A stretch of DNA of 63,856 bases, the filler included, from Octopus bimaculoides (Eukaryota): the NCBI RefSeq assembly GCF_001194135.2. It is 7 parts of 7 records of this genome, joined end to end, with 100 filler letters (N's around TTAATTAATTAA, not from the genome) between each part and the next. Parts side by side here need not be neighbours in the genome. Positions count along the whole stretch, not along the records: positions 11,760 to 33,439 come from NC_068992.1; positions 33,540 to 47,756 come from NC_068991.1; 5 more parts are not named here. One strand, written 5' to 3'. The number at the start of each line of letters is the position of its first letter. Position 1 is the stretch's first letter. A program made the translations under genes and the position numbers. The notes beneath the pieces were generated by a model. It was not told the origin of the DNA, made no database searches, and was given only the letters and a program-made list of their open reading frames with translations. Shown in pieces: positions 27,203 through 39,500 of this stretch.

Positions 27203-27432
27203 GTTCTTCTTCTTCTTCTTCTTCTTCTTCTTCTTCTTCTTCTTCTTCTTCTTCTTCTTCTTCTTCTTCTTCTTCTTCTTCTTCTTCTTCTTCTTCTTCT
27301 TTTCATCGTCATCACCATCACCACCATCACCACCACCCTCATTATCAACACTCTTCTCCTCCACCTCATATCATCATCGTCATCGTCATCATCATCATCA
27401 TCATCGTCGTCGTCGTCGTCATCATCATCATC
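27203..27432 (+). repeat. (TTC)n then (CAT/CGT)n microsatellite
   Basis: Read directly. Confidence 0.95.
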
Positions 27433-28119
27433 ACAAACTCAAAACAATAATAAACATGATGTGTACACCATTTATATTTAACACATTCCTGCACTCTAGA
27501 TCGTGGAAGACGTTCGCTGTTGGATTCGCGTCACGGAAAAGTTCCTTTTATATGCCACATCGATCCGGGCTTGACCGGCTTCATCAGACTGGTTGACACT
27601 TGTTTCGACAGGATTCAACCTCTTCAGTGTCAAAAAGTATTTCAGTCGTTCATAACCCGATCTGAACTTCTGTCCCTCTATGTTAATTACGGCTTGATGC
27701 TTCAGTAAATGCTAGCAAATGAAATTCTTGCTGTTTACATAATTGGAAAAGTGTCTGCTCTTTTGGAGGCGAAATCGCACCAAAACACGGCTCGATGTGC
27801 ATTTTTCTTCGTAGAAGTCTATAAGGAGAAATTTTTCTCCGCAACAAAAGCCTCACAGCGAAAATCTTCCATTAAAAATATCAATGTACACACCGTTATC
27901 TCGAACATCGCTGCTTCAAGTGCTTATTATAAATTGATATTAAATTTTACCACAATAGTTTCAAAGAAATAATGTTCTCTTATATTAGATTCGGCGAAAA
28001 ATAACTCTGCACTTAAAGAAGTTAAATGGAACCGCAAAGCATATTTAAAACAGTGAAAAGTTTAGCAGTTTCGTTTTTCTTTACGTTTCGTGTTTTAGAT
28101 TCTATTGAAAACAAGAGGA

Positions 28120-28415
28120 AAGACTTCCTGGAGACGTTGGCGGAAGGGGTGAGCAATTCCTGGAATGTTCCGTGAAGTGGGAGGAAGGGGAGGAAGGACT
28201 TCATGAAAACTTCGGAGGAGGGAATGGGCTCTTCCTGGAAAGTTCGGAGCAGTGGGAGGAAGGGGGAAAGACTTCGTGGCAAATTCTGGTGAGGAATTTC
28301 TGGAATGTTCCGAGGATGCGGATCAAGGTGAGGAAGGACTTCCTGTAAAAGACCAAGGAACGGGAGTAAGCACTTCATGGAAAAGTCTAAATAGATAGAC
28401 ACTTCCTGAAAAGTC
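28120..28415. repeat. Degenerate purine-rich minisatellite (about 75-bp unit of two 32-43-bp subunits)
   Basis: TTC(C/A)TGGAA-like cores at 28125, 28157, 28200, 28232, 28273, 28297, 28340, 28374, 28403. Confidence 0.7.
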
Positions 28416-29969
28416 CAGTTAGGGTTATGTAAAACATATTGCTTAACCGGGAGGAATTCTTTTATGAAATCGTAAAACACGAATCAGATAAAACTAGAAA
28501 TAAGAATATGTAAATAGGTTAAAAAATTCCTTTTGGGCTGGAAATACTGAAGACTACTCGTTAGACACGAAACCATTTCTCCTGTAAAAACAAAATAAAC
28601 GCTCTTATCGTTGGACGAAAGAATCCTTTGAATTTCTCATTAATTTTAAAATCTTTATTCTTACCAGCAAGAATTGCATGTTGTTGACATCAACCTTCGA
28701 CATTTTCTATCCACAAAGATTTTTTAATCCAAATTTTTACAGGCTGTTATTTATAGCTCTATCTATTTCGGGTTTCACCGTTTCAAAAAATATTTCACGT
28801 TCTCTCGAACAACAGCGTTGTTAACTTTGTGTTATTTTTTTTCATTTATGTGTATAAAAATAAATATGAATAACGCTAGCCATTAAATTCTTAAAAGCCT
28901 TAATTTAGATTTTAGTACCAGCACCGAATATCACCTGCTAGATTAGGTCCTCATGAAAATTAGAATGGAACGAATCCAGTGAAAATAATCTTAGGGAAAA
29001 TAGTCACAGGAAACAACTTAGAAGGGAAATGTAACCTGCTGCTAAGAGTTTTAGCTGGTGTACTAACGATTCCGTCTTATCAACGATATATATGTTAACA
29101 GCAGCATTAAATGACACGCAGACACTCGACTGAGACCTAAGACAGGATGACCATTCCTGGAATACTTTTGATTATGTGTTTGTGTCATTAGAGCTGACCT
29201 AGGTTTAACATGAACAATAATAAGTTGTACTCTATTAAATTTCAACAGTATATATATTAAAACGCTATTATATATATTCGTCAGTCATCACCGTTAGATT
29301 ATGTCTGCTTAAATACAATGGCAGGGTGTATAGTGTCTTAGGGTGTATAATATTACAATATACAAACTTCAATCAATGAGAACAAAAGAAGGAGCTAGTC
29401 GATACCACCAACATCAATACTTGACTGGTTTTTTTCTTTCATCCATCACGAAAGGAGGAAAGGCAAAGCTGACATCGGTGAGATTTGAACTTGGAATGTA
29501 AAGAGCCGAAGTAAATACCGCAAGGCATTTTGTCCGCTGCTCTGATGATTCACTCGATCGCCTTTAATAATTATAGTTTCTAATTTAGACACCAGAGCTA
29601 ATAGTTTTGAGAGGAGAGGCTCAACGATACCATTACCTTCCATACTTGCCGGATACTTTATTTTATCGTCCTCCTAATGATGATAGGCAATGATGATTTG
29701 AACGGAGTTTGAACTTAGAATGTGAGCTGGAAATATTTTCATAGTGAAGTAGAAACTAGTAGTCATTGAATCGGAAGATCATCGGAGTAAATAACTAGCG
29801 ATGTTTACTAACGTTTCTTTACGTTGAATTCACATTTCACCGACGTCCAGCATTTCCTCTTATCCTTGTGAGGTCTCATAAAATAAAGTACCATTGAAGT
29901 ACTGGGGACTGTTTAGTCAACGACATCCTTCCTAAACCGTGATCCTCTGCTATATTATTTTCGGACATG

Positions 29970-30360
29970 AGGCAGCGAACTGGCAGGTAAAAGGCTTATC
30001 GCTGTTTCGTCCGTTTTTACGTTCTGAGTTCAAATTTCGCAGAGGTCGACTTTGCCTTTCATCTTTTCAGGGTTGATAAAATAAATGATCGTTGAGCACT
30101 AGGGTCAATGTAAACGATTTACCCCTCCCTCCCCCGAAATTGCTGGCCTTGTTCCGTAATTTGGAGCAAAATCATTTTCGGACATATGGTGATGAGCTGT
30201 AGAATCCTTAGTACGCCGGATAAAGTGCTTAGCAGCAATTCGACCGTTTTTAAGTATCTGAGTTTAAATCCACCAAGGCCGACTTTCATGGTCGATAAAA
30301 TAAGTACCACTTGAGCACTGGAGTCGATGTAATTGGCTATCTCCCTCTCCCGAACTTTTG
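29970..30360 (+). mobile_element. Two tandem SINE family A copies
   Basis: Core gagttcaaattt/cc..gaggtcgactttgcc occurs twice (about 30020 and 30260). Confidence 0.7.
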
Positions 30361-31869
30361 GAAACCAATATTTTTTTTCGGACATGCTTCATTTTTATTC
30401 GACCTCTTTATTGGTAACTTAGTCTTCGCCGTACTTGCCGAAGTAGTGATGAGAGAAGCTCTAGAGAGATGTACATACAATGTTGTACATTAATAGGCGT
30501 GGAAAAACTAGAATTGTTTAGAGAATATATTACAAAGAGACACCGTACGTGTGTATTTTGAATGTAGTTTTATCAAAGACTCCTTTCTTTTGTATAAGAA
30601 AAATACTTATGCGTTTCTATTTCACGTTAACGAAACTACTGATAAGAATCTTCTTATTCATTAATCTGATAAAAACAAAAAGGAGTTAGTCTAGCTTCTT
30701 ATAGCAGTTATAAGATTTCACTATTGCGAGTGTCGGCAATAGCTTCGAGGCCTAAAGGGTTCCTAGAAAATATACCAGAATATAAAGGAAAAAAGAAACA
30801 AAACGAAACAAAAATTACGCAAAAAAATATCCGCAAATAAAATAAAGAGAAGACAAACATTCACTCACATATTTATATTTATTTGAAGAAAAACTTTGGT
30901 ATTTTTGACACAGTTTCTAAAACGAAGACTTTTAAAACTTGATAATGAAGAAATCCTTTTTCGACTGTTGATCCTCTCTTTCTTCAATATTTATAATGTT
31001 TGGAAGACATTTTAAAAGCTTTTTCCGTTTTCTTTCTTTTATTTCTTTGTATTCTTTTGCAAAATTGTCTTCGTCATCATGTACTGAATTGATTTTTTCC
31101 GGCATTTCATACTTATAAATTATCAAAGTTTCCTCATTAAAATTATCCTTGTCTTTTATGTGTTCACATAATCTTTTGCTTTTTATTTTTTTTAAATATT
31201 TTTCTCTTTTGAAAGGTATTTTGATTTTTTTTTGCTTAATATCTATTTAAAAATTACCTATTAGACAATTCAATCAAATGAATTACGAATATTGTTGAAT
31301 AAAGTTGTGGTATAATACGTATCACAAAAAAAAAAGAACACTAATAAATCAGTCCCAATGTTCACCGATGTGTGCTTTCGCAGATATCACCAGATGTCGT
31401 CTGCTAGATCCGAGCTTCGTAAAAATTCAAAGGGCAAGCTATAAGAATTGTTTATCGCAAAACATTCATACATAATATTAAAAAAGGACTTTTTTTCAAA
31501 CAAAATGTATTACGACTAAAGTTCCGACGTTTTCACTGAAATAATTATTGAACAATTCTCAGTGTTTTTTTCGTTCAGTGAATATTTTTTTTACATCACT
31601 TCCAGTCAGATTTGTTTTTGTTTTTTCGCATTTTTTAGCTCTTTTTTTTTTTGACACAAGATTTATTTTACATGATTACGATAATGCTGTGGATGATAAT
31701 GGTGACGGATGTTGATATTCATGTTTATGATGATGAAAATGATGATGAAGGTATCGACAACGATGAGGATAACAATAAAAACACCAAAACAAACCACAGC
31801 ACATTTTCAAGCCGCACAGAGCTAGGCTTGATAGTGCAATGAAAAGCATGTAATAGTAATAAGACTACT

Positions 31870-31907
31870 GAATAATAATAATGATGATAATAACAATAAT
31901 AATAATA

Positions 31908-31964
<57 letters not shown>

Positions 31965-32020
31965 GTAATAATAATTGGGGAATAGGCTCGGGTATATAAA
32001 ATAATAATAATGATGATAAT
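31870..32020 (+). repeat. (TAA)n microsatellite
   Basis: Read directly. Confidence 0.9.
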
Positions 32021-32428
32021 AATGGTATCATATTTTGGCACAAGGCCAGCAATTCTAGGAGAGGTTTGAAGTCGATTACATCAACTAGTACTTATTTTAT
32101 CGAGTTCAAAGAGATGAAAGGCAAAAATTGACCTCGGCGGGATTTGAACTCAGAACGTAAAGACAGAAGAAGTGCCGCAAAGCAGTTAAACCAGCGTAAT
32201 AGTAATGGTAATAATAATAATAATGATAATAATAATAATAGCAATAATAATAATAGAATGCCCAGTAGAGCTCCTACAGAAAGTTTACCTCTTAGGGGCA
32301 GCAAGAATTGTCAGGAGGGTCCTAAGCACTTGAAAGACAGCTGAAGACATGTGGATACCTAAGATTACAGGTAGTAACCCGCTACACACATAAATCTTAT
32401 TAATTAAACCAAACCCGAGCTTTGTCTC

Positions 32429-32460
<32 letters not shown>

Positions 32461-32464
<4 letters not shown>

Positions 32465-32676
32465 CCTTTCTACTATAGGCACAAGGCCTGGAATTTGAGG
32501 AGAAGAAGTTAGTCGATCACATCGACCCCAGTACTTGACTGGTACTTAATTTATCAACCCTGAGAGGATGAAAGGCAAAGTCGACCTCGGCGGAATTTGA
32601 ACTCAGAACGTAGCGACGGGCGAAATACCGCTAAGCATTTCACCCGGTGCGCTAACGATTCTGCCGGCTCGTCGCC
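32461..32676 (-). mobile_element. tRNA-derived SINE family A (best-preserved copy)
   Basis: Head ggcgacgagccggcagaatcgttagc, B-box-like gagttcaaattcc, core gtcgactttgcctttcatcc, tail ggccttgtgcctatagtagaaagg; sits in (TAA)n. Confidence 0.85.
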
Positions 32677-32682
32677 TTAGTC

Positions 32683-32715
<33 letters not shown>

Positions 32716-32721
32716 ATAATA

Positions 32722-32754
<33 letters not shown>

Positions 32755-33539
32755 ACAACAATAATGTTTATAATTTCCAACATAGGTAGAAGGTCAGATA
32801 TTAGTTGTGGTGTGGGTAGAATATAGTCGATGATATTGACCTCATTACATAACAAGTACTTTATTTTATCGCCTCCTCATCGCGGAAGAGTAAAAAGCAA
32901 AAGAGGACCTTGAATAATAGCATCTTTTCTGTTTTCTTTTCTTAAAAAAAAAAAGAGTGAAAGCAGTAAAGCCTGCTTGAAATAATGTTAAGTTAATTGT
33001 GAAGGGATACAACACAACGTTAGCTGCTGGGTACGAATTCATCATAGGCGCCCTATGTACCAGGAGGTTTACTATCTTAAACGCTGTGTTATGTATAGCA
33101 ACAACAACAACAACGACAAGAACAACAACAACAACAAAAATATGCAACAAGAACATCAGAAAACAATAAAGCAATTTAGCTAGACTATCGTATGATAGTA
33201 ATGTTCTTGATGATGATGATGATGATGAATATGATGATGATAAGACGAAGAACAATACAAAATCAACAAAAAATAAAACAAAAAAATCTAACTTTTTTGT
33301 ATTTCAAAGTATTTTTTCTTTGTGTGTGTGTGTATGTGTGTGCGTGTGTGTGTGTGCGTGCGTGTGTGTGTGAGTGAGTGTCTGTGTGCTTTTGTATGTG
33401 TTTTTGAATGAGAATGCATGCGACAGATTGCATATATATNNNNNNNNNNNNNNNNNNNNNNNNNNNNNNNNNNNNNNNNNNNNTTAATTAATTAANNNNN
33501 NNNNNNNNNNNNNNNNNNNNNNNNNNNNNNNNNNNNNNN

Positions 33540-33828
33540 TGCCAGTGCCCCTGGACTGGCTTTTGTGCGTGTGGCACATAAAAGACACCATTTCGAGCGT
33601 GGCCGTTGCCAGTACCGCCTGACTGGCCTTCGTGCGGGTGACACGTAAAAGCACCCACTACACTCTCTGAGTGGTTGGCGTTAGGAAGGGTATCCAGCTG
33701 TAGAAACTCTGCCAAATTAGAGTGGAGCCTGGTGTTGCCATCCGGTTTCACCAGTCCTCAGTCAAATCGTCCAACCCATGCTAGCATGGAAAGCGGACGT
33801 TAAACGATGATGATGATGATGATGATGA
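33540..33828 (+). mobile_element. RTE-related 3' UTR / derived SINE with (GAT)n tail
   Basis: ttcctaacgccaaccac and ccatgctagcatggaaagcggacgttaaac motifs; same sequence in reverse at 44950-45171; short 3' pieces at 34185-34290 and 39570-39655. Confidence 0.75.
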
Positions 33829-34295
33829 TACACCTCATTATAAACAAGCACAATTATGAAACAATCAATAACTTGAGAACTCTAGAAAAGACAATTGCCA
33901 AATTAACTGCCATGGTTGAGATAACTGACAGCTATCTGATATATCGACAAAATATAAAGAAAGGTAAATACTTTAACAGCATAAATTTAGTGAATAGGAT
34001 CGATTTTTAAGTTATTGACAATCAGAACCTAACATCTTGTATTAAAAAAATTAATTAAATATAAAATTCATATAATACCAGTTTGTATAATACCAGTGAG
34101 AAATAACATGCACCATGCTTTCACAAATTATTCTAGGTACTTATGTAGTCATGTGCCAAAATTATCTTTCCTAATGTCCACATTTTCATGCTAGCATGGG
34201 TCAGACGGAATTTGTTGAGGCAGATTTTCTATGGCCAGATGGCCTTCCTGTCAAAAAACTCCACTCATTTTCCAGTAAGGTTATATTTCATCATG

Positions 34296-34607
34296 GGAGG
34301 CGCAATGGCCCAGTGGTTAGGGCAGCAGACTTGTGGTCGTAGAATCGCGGTTTCGATTCCCAGATCGGGCATTGTGAGTGTTTATTGAGCGAAAACACCT
34401 AAAGCTCCACGAGGCTCCGGCAGGGAGTGGTGGAAAACCCTGCTGTACACTTTCACCACAACTTTCTCTCACTCTTACTTCCTGTTTCTGTTGCACCTGT
34501 AATTCAAAGAGCCAGCCTTGTCACACTGTGTCACGCTGAATATCCCCGAGAACTACGTTAAGGGTACACGTGTCTGTGGAGTGCTCGGCCACTTGCATGT
34601 TAATTTC
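34296..34607 (+). mobile_element. tRNA-derived SINE family C
   Basis: A box tggcccagtgg, B box gtttcgattccc, body ttgagcgaaaacacctaaagctccacgagg; truncated by a gap. Confidence 0.8.
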
Positions 34608-35309
34608 NNNNNNNNNNNNNNNNNNNNNNNNNNNNNNNNNNNNNNNNNNNNNNNNNNNNNNNNNNNNNNNNNNNNNNNNNNNNNNNNNNNNNNNNNNNNN
34701 NNNNNNNNNNNNNNNNNNNNNNNNNNNNNNNNNNNNNNNNNNNNNNNNNNNNNNNNNNNNNNNNNNNNNNNNNNNNNNNNNNNNNNNNNNNNNNNNNNNN
34801 NNNNNNNNNNNNNNNNNNNNNNNNNNNNNNNNNNNNNNNNNNNNNNNNNNNNNNNNNNNNNNNNNNNNNNNNNNNNNNNNNNNNNNNNNNNNNNNNNNNN
34901 NNNNNNNNNNNNNNNNNNNNNNNNNNNNNNNNNNNNNNNNNNNNNNNNNNNNNNNNNNNNNNNNNNNNNNNNNNNNNNNNNNNNNNNNNNNNNNNNNNNN
35001 NNNNNNNNNNNNNNNNNNNNNNNNNNNNNNNNNNNNNNNNNNNNNNNNNNNNNNNNNNNNNNNNNNNNNNNNNNNNNNNNNNNNNNNNNNNNNNNNNNNN
35101 NNNNNNNNNNNNNNNNNNNNNNNNNNNNNNNNNNNNNNNNNNNNNNNNNNNNNNNNNNNNNNNNNNNNNNNNNNNNNNNNNNNNNNNNNNNNNNNNNNNN
35201 NNNNNNNNNNNNNNNNNNNNNNNNNNNNNNNNNNNNNNNNNNNNNNNNNNNNNNGGTGGTGGTGGTGGTGGTGATGTTGATGACGATGATGACGACGACA
35301 ACGATGACA

Positions 35310-35341
<32 letters not shown>

Positions 35342-36229
35342 ACTGATGATAATGATGATGATATAGCATATTTATAGGGAGAAAACTGCCAGGATGGTGA
35401 GTAATTAAACTGGTAAGGTTCTTCTCGTTAGACGTATCTCATTCCGAAAACACATTTTGGAATTTGTCACTTCTCTCATATTTCATTTTCAATGTCCATA
35501 TCATGAATAAACCATTTTTGCGACCTTTACTGATGAATAACAAACAACAAACCAATGAGGCAGGCTTCTGCTACTTGACTTGCTGGAAATAGAAGCCAAA
35601 TCTCCCTCATATCATGCTCCGTTGTCTTATCTTTTATTTTTTATCCTGTTTCAGTTATAAGACTGTGGTTATGCTTTGGCACCACCTTGAAAGTCTTAAC
35701 TGAACAAGTCCACCCCACAACTTATTCTATTGGTCTCTTTTGATTTTTCTTTTAGTTGCCATATGGCAACTTTGGATTTCAAGAGATAGGTTTTACTAGA
35801 AAACAAGTGTAATGCCTGGTCGTGTTATTGACCTTTTACGTTTATATAGATATGTGGAATGTGTTGTAAGTTGCATATATATAATGAGGCCTACTACCCA
35901 GGGGCAGGCTGAGTTTGTTGTAATTCCCCACCTTACAACAATACCATTTGACTCTATTGTTCCTGATCCTTGTCACGTAACAATCAAAGTTTGTTTTTGT
36001 GTCCTTCGTGTCATTATATTTACTTGTGTAATTATTTACTTGATAATGATGCATTGACTTCAAAGAAGAACACAAACTCGCTACACAACAGAAGAGGTTC
36101 TTCAATATATGGTGACGAATACTCAGATATAACTGATTCAGATGAAGATGATACACCTGATATCACAGAGCAGATTTCTACTTGTGAGGTGATGGAGATG
36201 AGCAGAATGTGATTGGTGAAGATGTAGAG

Positions 36230-36570
36230 TTCTATATTTAAGAGATGAGGAATTATTTACATTATTTACATTATTTACATTTGACGGATATTTGTCCTCA
36301 TCTTGTTTGTTGTTAACACATATGGCGTAGTGGTTAAGAGCGCGGGCTACTAACCCCAAGATTCCGAGTTCGATTCACGGCAGCGACCTGATTAATAATA
36401 GTAATAATAATAATAATATAATAATAGTAACATCGTTAGGAATGAGAACCCAGGTTCGAAATTTCCCCAAGACACCTGACGAAGGCTGGAGGATATATCA
36501 GCTGAAACGTTGTGTTAACAACAAACAAGATGAGGACGAATATCCGTCAAATGTAAATAATGTAAATAAT
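36230..36570 (+). mobile_element. Composite non-autonomous retroelement: inverted 3' segment + tRNA-derived head + (TAA)n + hammerhead-bearing tail
   Basis: Flanking 14-bp direct repeat GTGAAGATGTAGAG at 36216-36229 and 36571-36584. 60-bp inverted repeat (36261-36320 vs 36511-36570, 1 mismatch). A box TGGCGTAGTGG at 36323-36333, B box GTTCGATTC at 36368-36376. Confidence 0.85.
36471..36516 (+). ncRNA. Minimal type I hammerhead ribozyme motif (Penelope-like)
   Basis: GACAC-CTGACGA-A-GGCTG(gaggatatat)CAGCT-GAAACGT-T-GTGTT. Stem I GACAC/GTGTT, core CUGANGA and GAAA, stem II GGCTG/CAGCT, stem III reduced to palindromic ACGT. Predicted cleavage after 36511. Confidence 0.7.
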
Positions 36571-39500
36571 GTGAAGATGTAGAGGTTATGAATTTTGACA
36601 ACTGTTCTATTTTACAGTCAGATTCACAAATTGCTGGTCCCAGTACTGCAAACAAACCAGTCTCTAATAATCTTCTCAGTGGTATCTGTGTAACTCATCA
36701 ATGTCAATCAGCTGTTTCACTGGTCTCCAAAAATACTTCTTGCTCCATTGATAATACAGATTCAAAGTCAACTGAGATACCCGAATCTGAGTCTTCCAAA
36801 TCACATAGCGATTCAGATGTTGATGATATGATCATAGAAGATTCACTGCAAAACCATAAATTCCATTGGCAGAATATGAAACTACCAAAATGAACCTCAG
36901 AATTTCAAGGAGAGCTATTTTCTTTGCCACCAGATGATTTTGATGAGCTTTTACCATACAATTTGTTCTCCCAATTCTGGTCTGACAATATAACAGAGCT
37001 TCTTGTAGCAAAAAACAAACTGATACAGCGTGCTGAAAAACGGTAAGTCTTTGAATACCAATTTTGCGGAGATCAAGCAATTTCTTGGCATTCATATGAT
37101 GATGGGCATCATTTGCACGCCTGCTTATATCTATTACTGGTCCAACGAAACATGTGTTAATGTCATAGCTGATACAATGTCCAAGAACAAGTTCAAGACA
37201 TTGCATGGCTGTTTACATATTGTTGACAACACCCTTCAAGACCAAAATAAATCAGACAAGTTATTCAAGGTCCATTCACTTTTAGAAATAGTTCGAGAAA
37301 ACTGTTTGAAAGTCAAACAAGAGGAAGTCATGTCCATAGATGAGCAAATTATTCCTGCCAAAACTAAAAGGAGCAGCATTCGTCAATATAATCCCCAAAA
37401 ATTGTAAAATGGGGCTTCAAGATGTTTGTCCAAGCAAGAATTAGTGGAATTATGTATGATTTTTTTTTTCTCATACAGTGGAAAAGGTAGTGCAGGTGCC
37501 AAAAGTTGTTCGTCAGAGGGATCTGTTTTGCAATTAATCAAGGTTGTGGTAATTAGGAACAGATGAGAGCATTTCTGTTCCATTCAGCTCCAAAGTTGCC
37601 ATGTTGCAACTAAAAACATCTTGATACCTGGATAACTGAGGCAAAAACTTTTGCAGGATTTTGATAAATTTGTCTAATAGATATTTTGGTACAAAGAAAA
37701 AAATTTCTCACCAACTCCTTCTAAGGGTGGACTGCAAAGAGTTAAGAAAGCTAGTGAGTCACTTTTACATTTTGCACTGCACTCAATTTGTTCATTAGCT
37801 TTCATCTTTTTAAATATTCTTCTGACTGTAAATAGAAAATACTTCGTTATCTGATAACGCAAATTTTAAAGAAATTAATTCTTCTGTTTCTTAAAAAAAA
37901 TTTTTTTTTACTATTTTTTACTCTTATTTTTGAATCACTTATATTCTACAGGGGCCTAGTATTGAAGGGTTTAGTTGAAGAAATTGACTCCAGTAAATCT
38001 GGTATTTATTCTATTGGATTCCATTTGCTGAAATGCTATGTTACAGGGATGGAAACAAACCAACACTGGTTTTTAAAACAAAATTAAGTACTCGCAGCAA
38101 CTTGTTTGACTAAACCCTTTGAAGCACTTCCCAGCATGAATGCAATCCCCTTTCTGAGAGAAGTAAAAGCCACACACATGCACACACACATACACACTCA
38201 CACATATACACACACACACATGCACTTATGCATACACACATGTACACATGCATGCACCCACCCACCACCCTACACACACGAAATTATGCGAGAATCAATA
38301 ACTTAAACAGTAATTTCAAAAGTAACTGCTGTGGTTGAGATGATTGATGGCCATTTAATTATATTGACAAAAAATAAAGAGCAGAAAATTTTCTAAGGGA
38401 GAATAAATATGGATAGAAGCAATTCCTAAGTTATTTACAATCAAAAGCTAACATCTTGTATTAAAAAATAAATAGAATATAAAATATAGTTGTGTAGATA
38501 CGAAGCTTGCTTCCCAAGTACATGGGTTTTGGTTTCAGTTCCACTGCATAGCACTTTTGGCATTTAAGTTCCACTCGTGAATTTGGCAACTGCACTGCAA
38601 AACACCTGCCATGTATATATTTTATATATATATATATATATNNNNNNNNNNNNNNNNNNNNNNNNNNNNNNNNNNNNNNNNNNNNNNNNNNNNNNNNNNN
38701 NNNNNNNNNNNNNNNNNNNNNNNNNNNNNNNNNNNNNNNNNNNNNNNNNNNNNNNNNNNNNNNNNNNNNNNNNNNNNNNNNNNNNNNNNNNNNNNNNNNN
38801 NNNNNNNNNNNNNNNNNNNNNNNNNNNNNNNNNNNNNNNNNNNNNNNNNNNNNNNNNNNNNNNNNNNNNNNNNNNNNNNNNNNNNNNNNNNNNNNNNNNN
38901 NNNNNNNNNNNNNNNNNNNNNNNNNNNNNNNNNNNNNNNNNNNNNNNNNNNNNNNNNNNNNNNNNNNNNNNNNNNNNNNNNNNNNNNNNNNNNNNNNNNN
39001 NNNNNNNNNNNNNNNNNNNNNNNNNNNNNNNNNNNNNNNNNNNNNNNNNNNNNNNNNNNNNNNNNNNNNNNNNNNNNNNNNNNNNNNNNNNNNNNNNNNN
39101 NNNNNNNNNNNNNNNNNNNNNNNNNNNNNNNNNNNNNNNNNNNNNNNNNNNNNNNNNNACACACACACACACACATACATGCATATATGGGTACAGGACG
39201 TCACGAACAGTAAATAACATGAAATACAAAAGCAAGTGAGTTCAATACGCAAGCAACGAGAGAAATAAATGGAAAACAGGACAAGTAACATAAAGAACGA
39301 CCCTTCATCAGTTGTCGGCTGTCTATCTACTCCCCATTTCAAGCATTGAACGACAATATGAGCCTTTGAAGACAGTTGCTCCCATAAGTACCAAAATGAA
39401 ATTTGGGATTTATGGAGGGTCAAAGTTGGGAACAAAGAGTTACTAATAGTTTCATGCTATTATGATACTTGAACAGGCGTATTTATAAAATACGCCATGT

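Larger units (their letters stand above)
35745..37745 (+). mobile_element. Decayed, internally deleted piggyBac (PGBD-type) transposon
   Basis: Frameshifted transposase FAEIKQFLGIHMMMG...YYWS...MSKNKF...DKLFKV...MSIDEQIIP...YNP / KWGFKMFV..ISGIMYDF. Subterminal inverted repeats at 35751-35776 and 37589-37615. Probable right end CAAAGAG|TTAA at 37735-37745. Confidence 0.85.

Noticed and set aside
28110-28400. Collagen-like Gly-X-Y reading (LPGDVGGRGEQ)
   Set aside because: Gly periodicity breaks within a few codons and needs frameshifts; better explained by the purine-rich minisatellite.
30932-31126. Lys/Glu-rich ORF
   Set aside because: Explained by A-rich low complexity; no motif recognised.
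35695-35718. ttaactgaacaagtccaccc as the piggyBac left end
   Set aside because: It partly mirrors the right end but lies within a decayed SINE B tail that explains the sequence equally well.
39290-39350. Minus-strand GAAA...CTGATGAAGG as a permuted hammerhead (also 59625-59670 and 27575-27612)
   Set aside because: The core motifs are in type II order, but I could not build consistent stems I-III in any copy. Worth retesting only on a family consensus.
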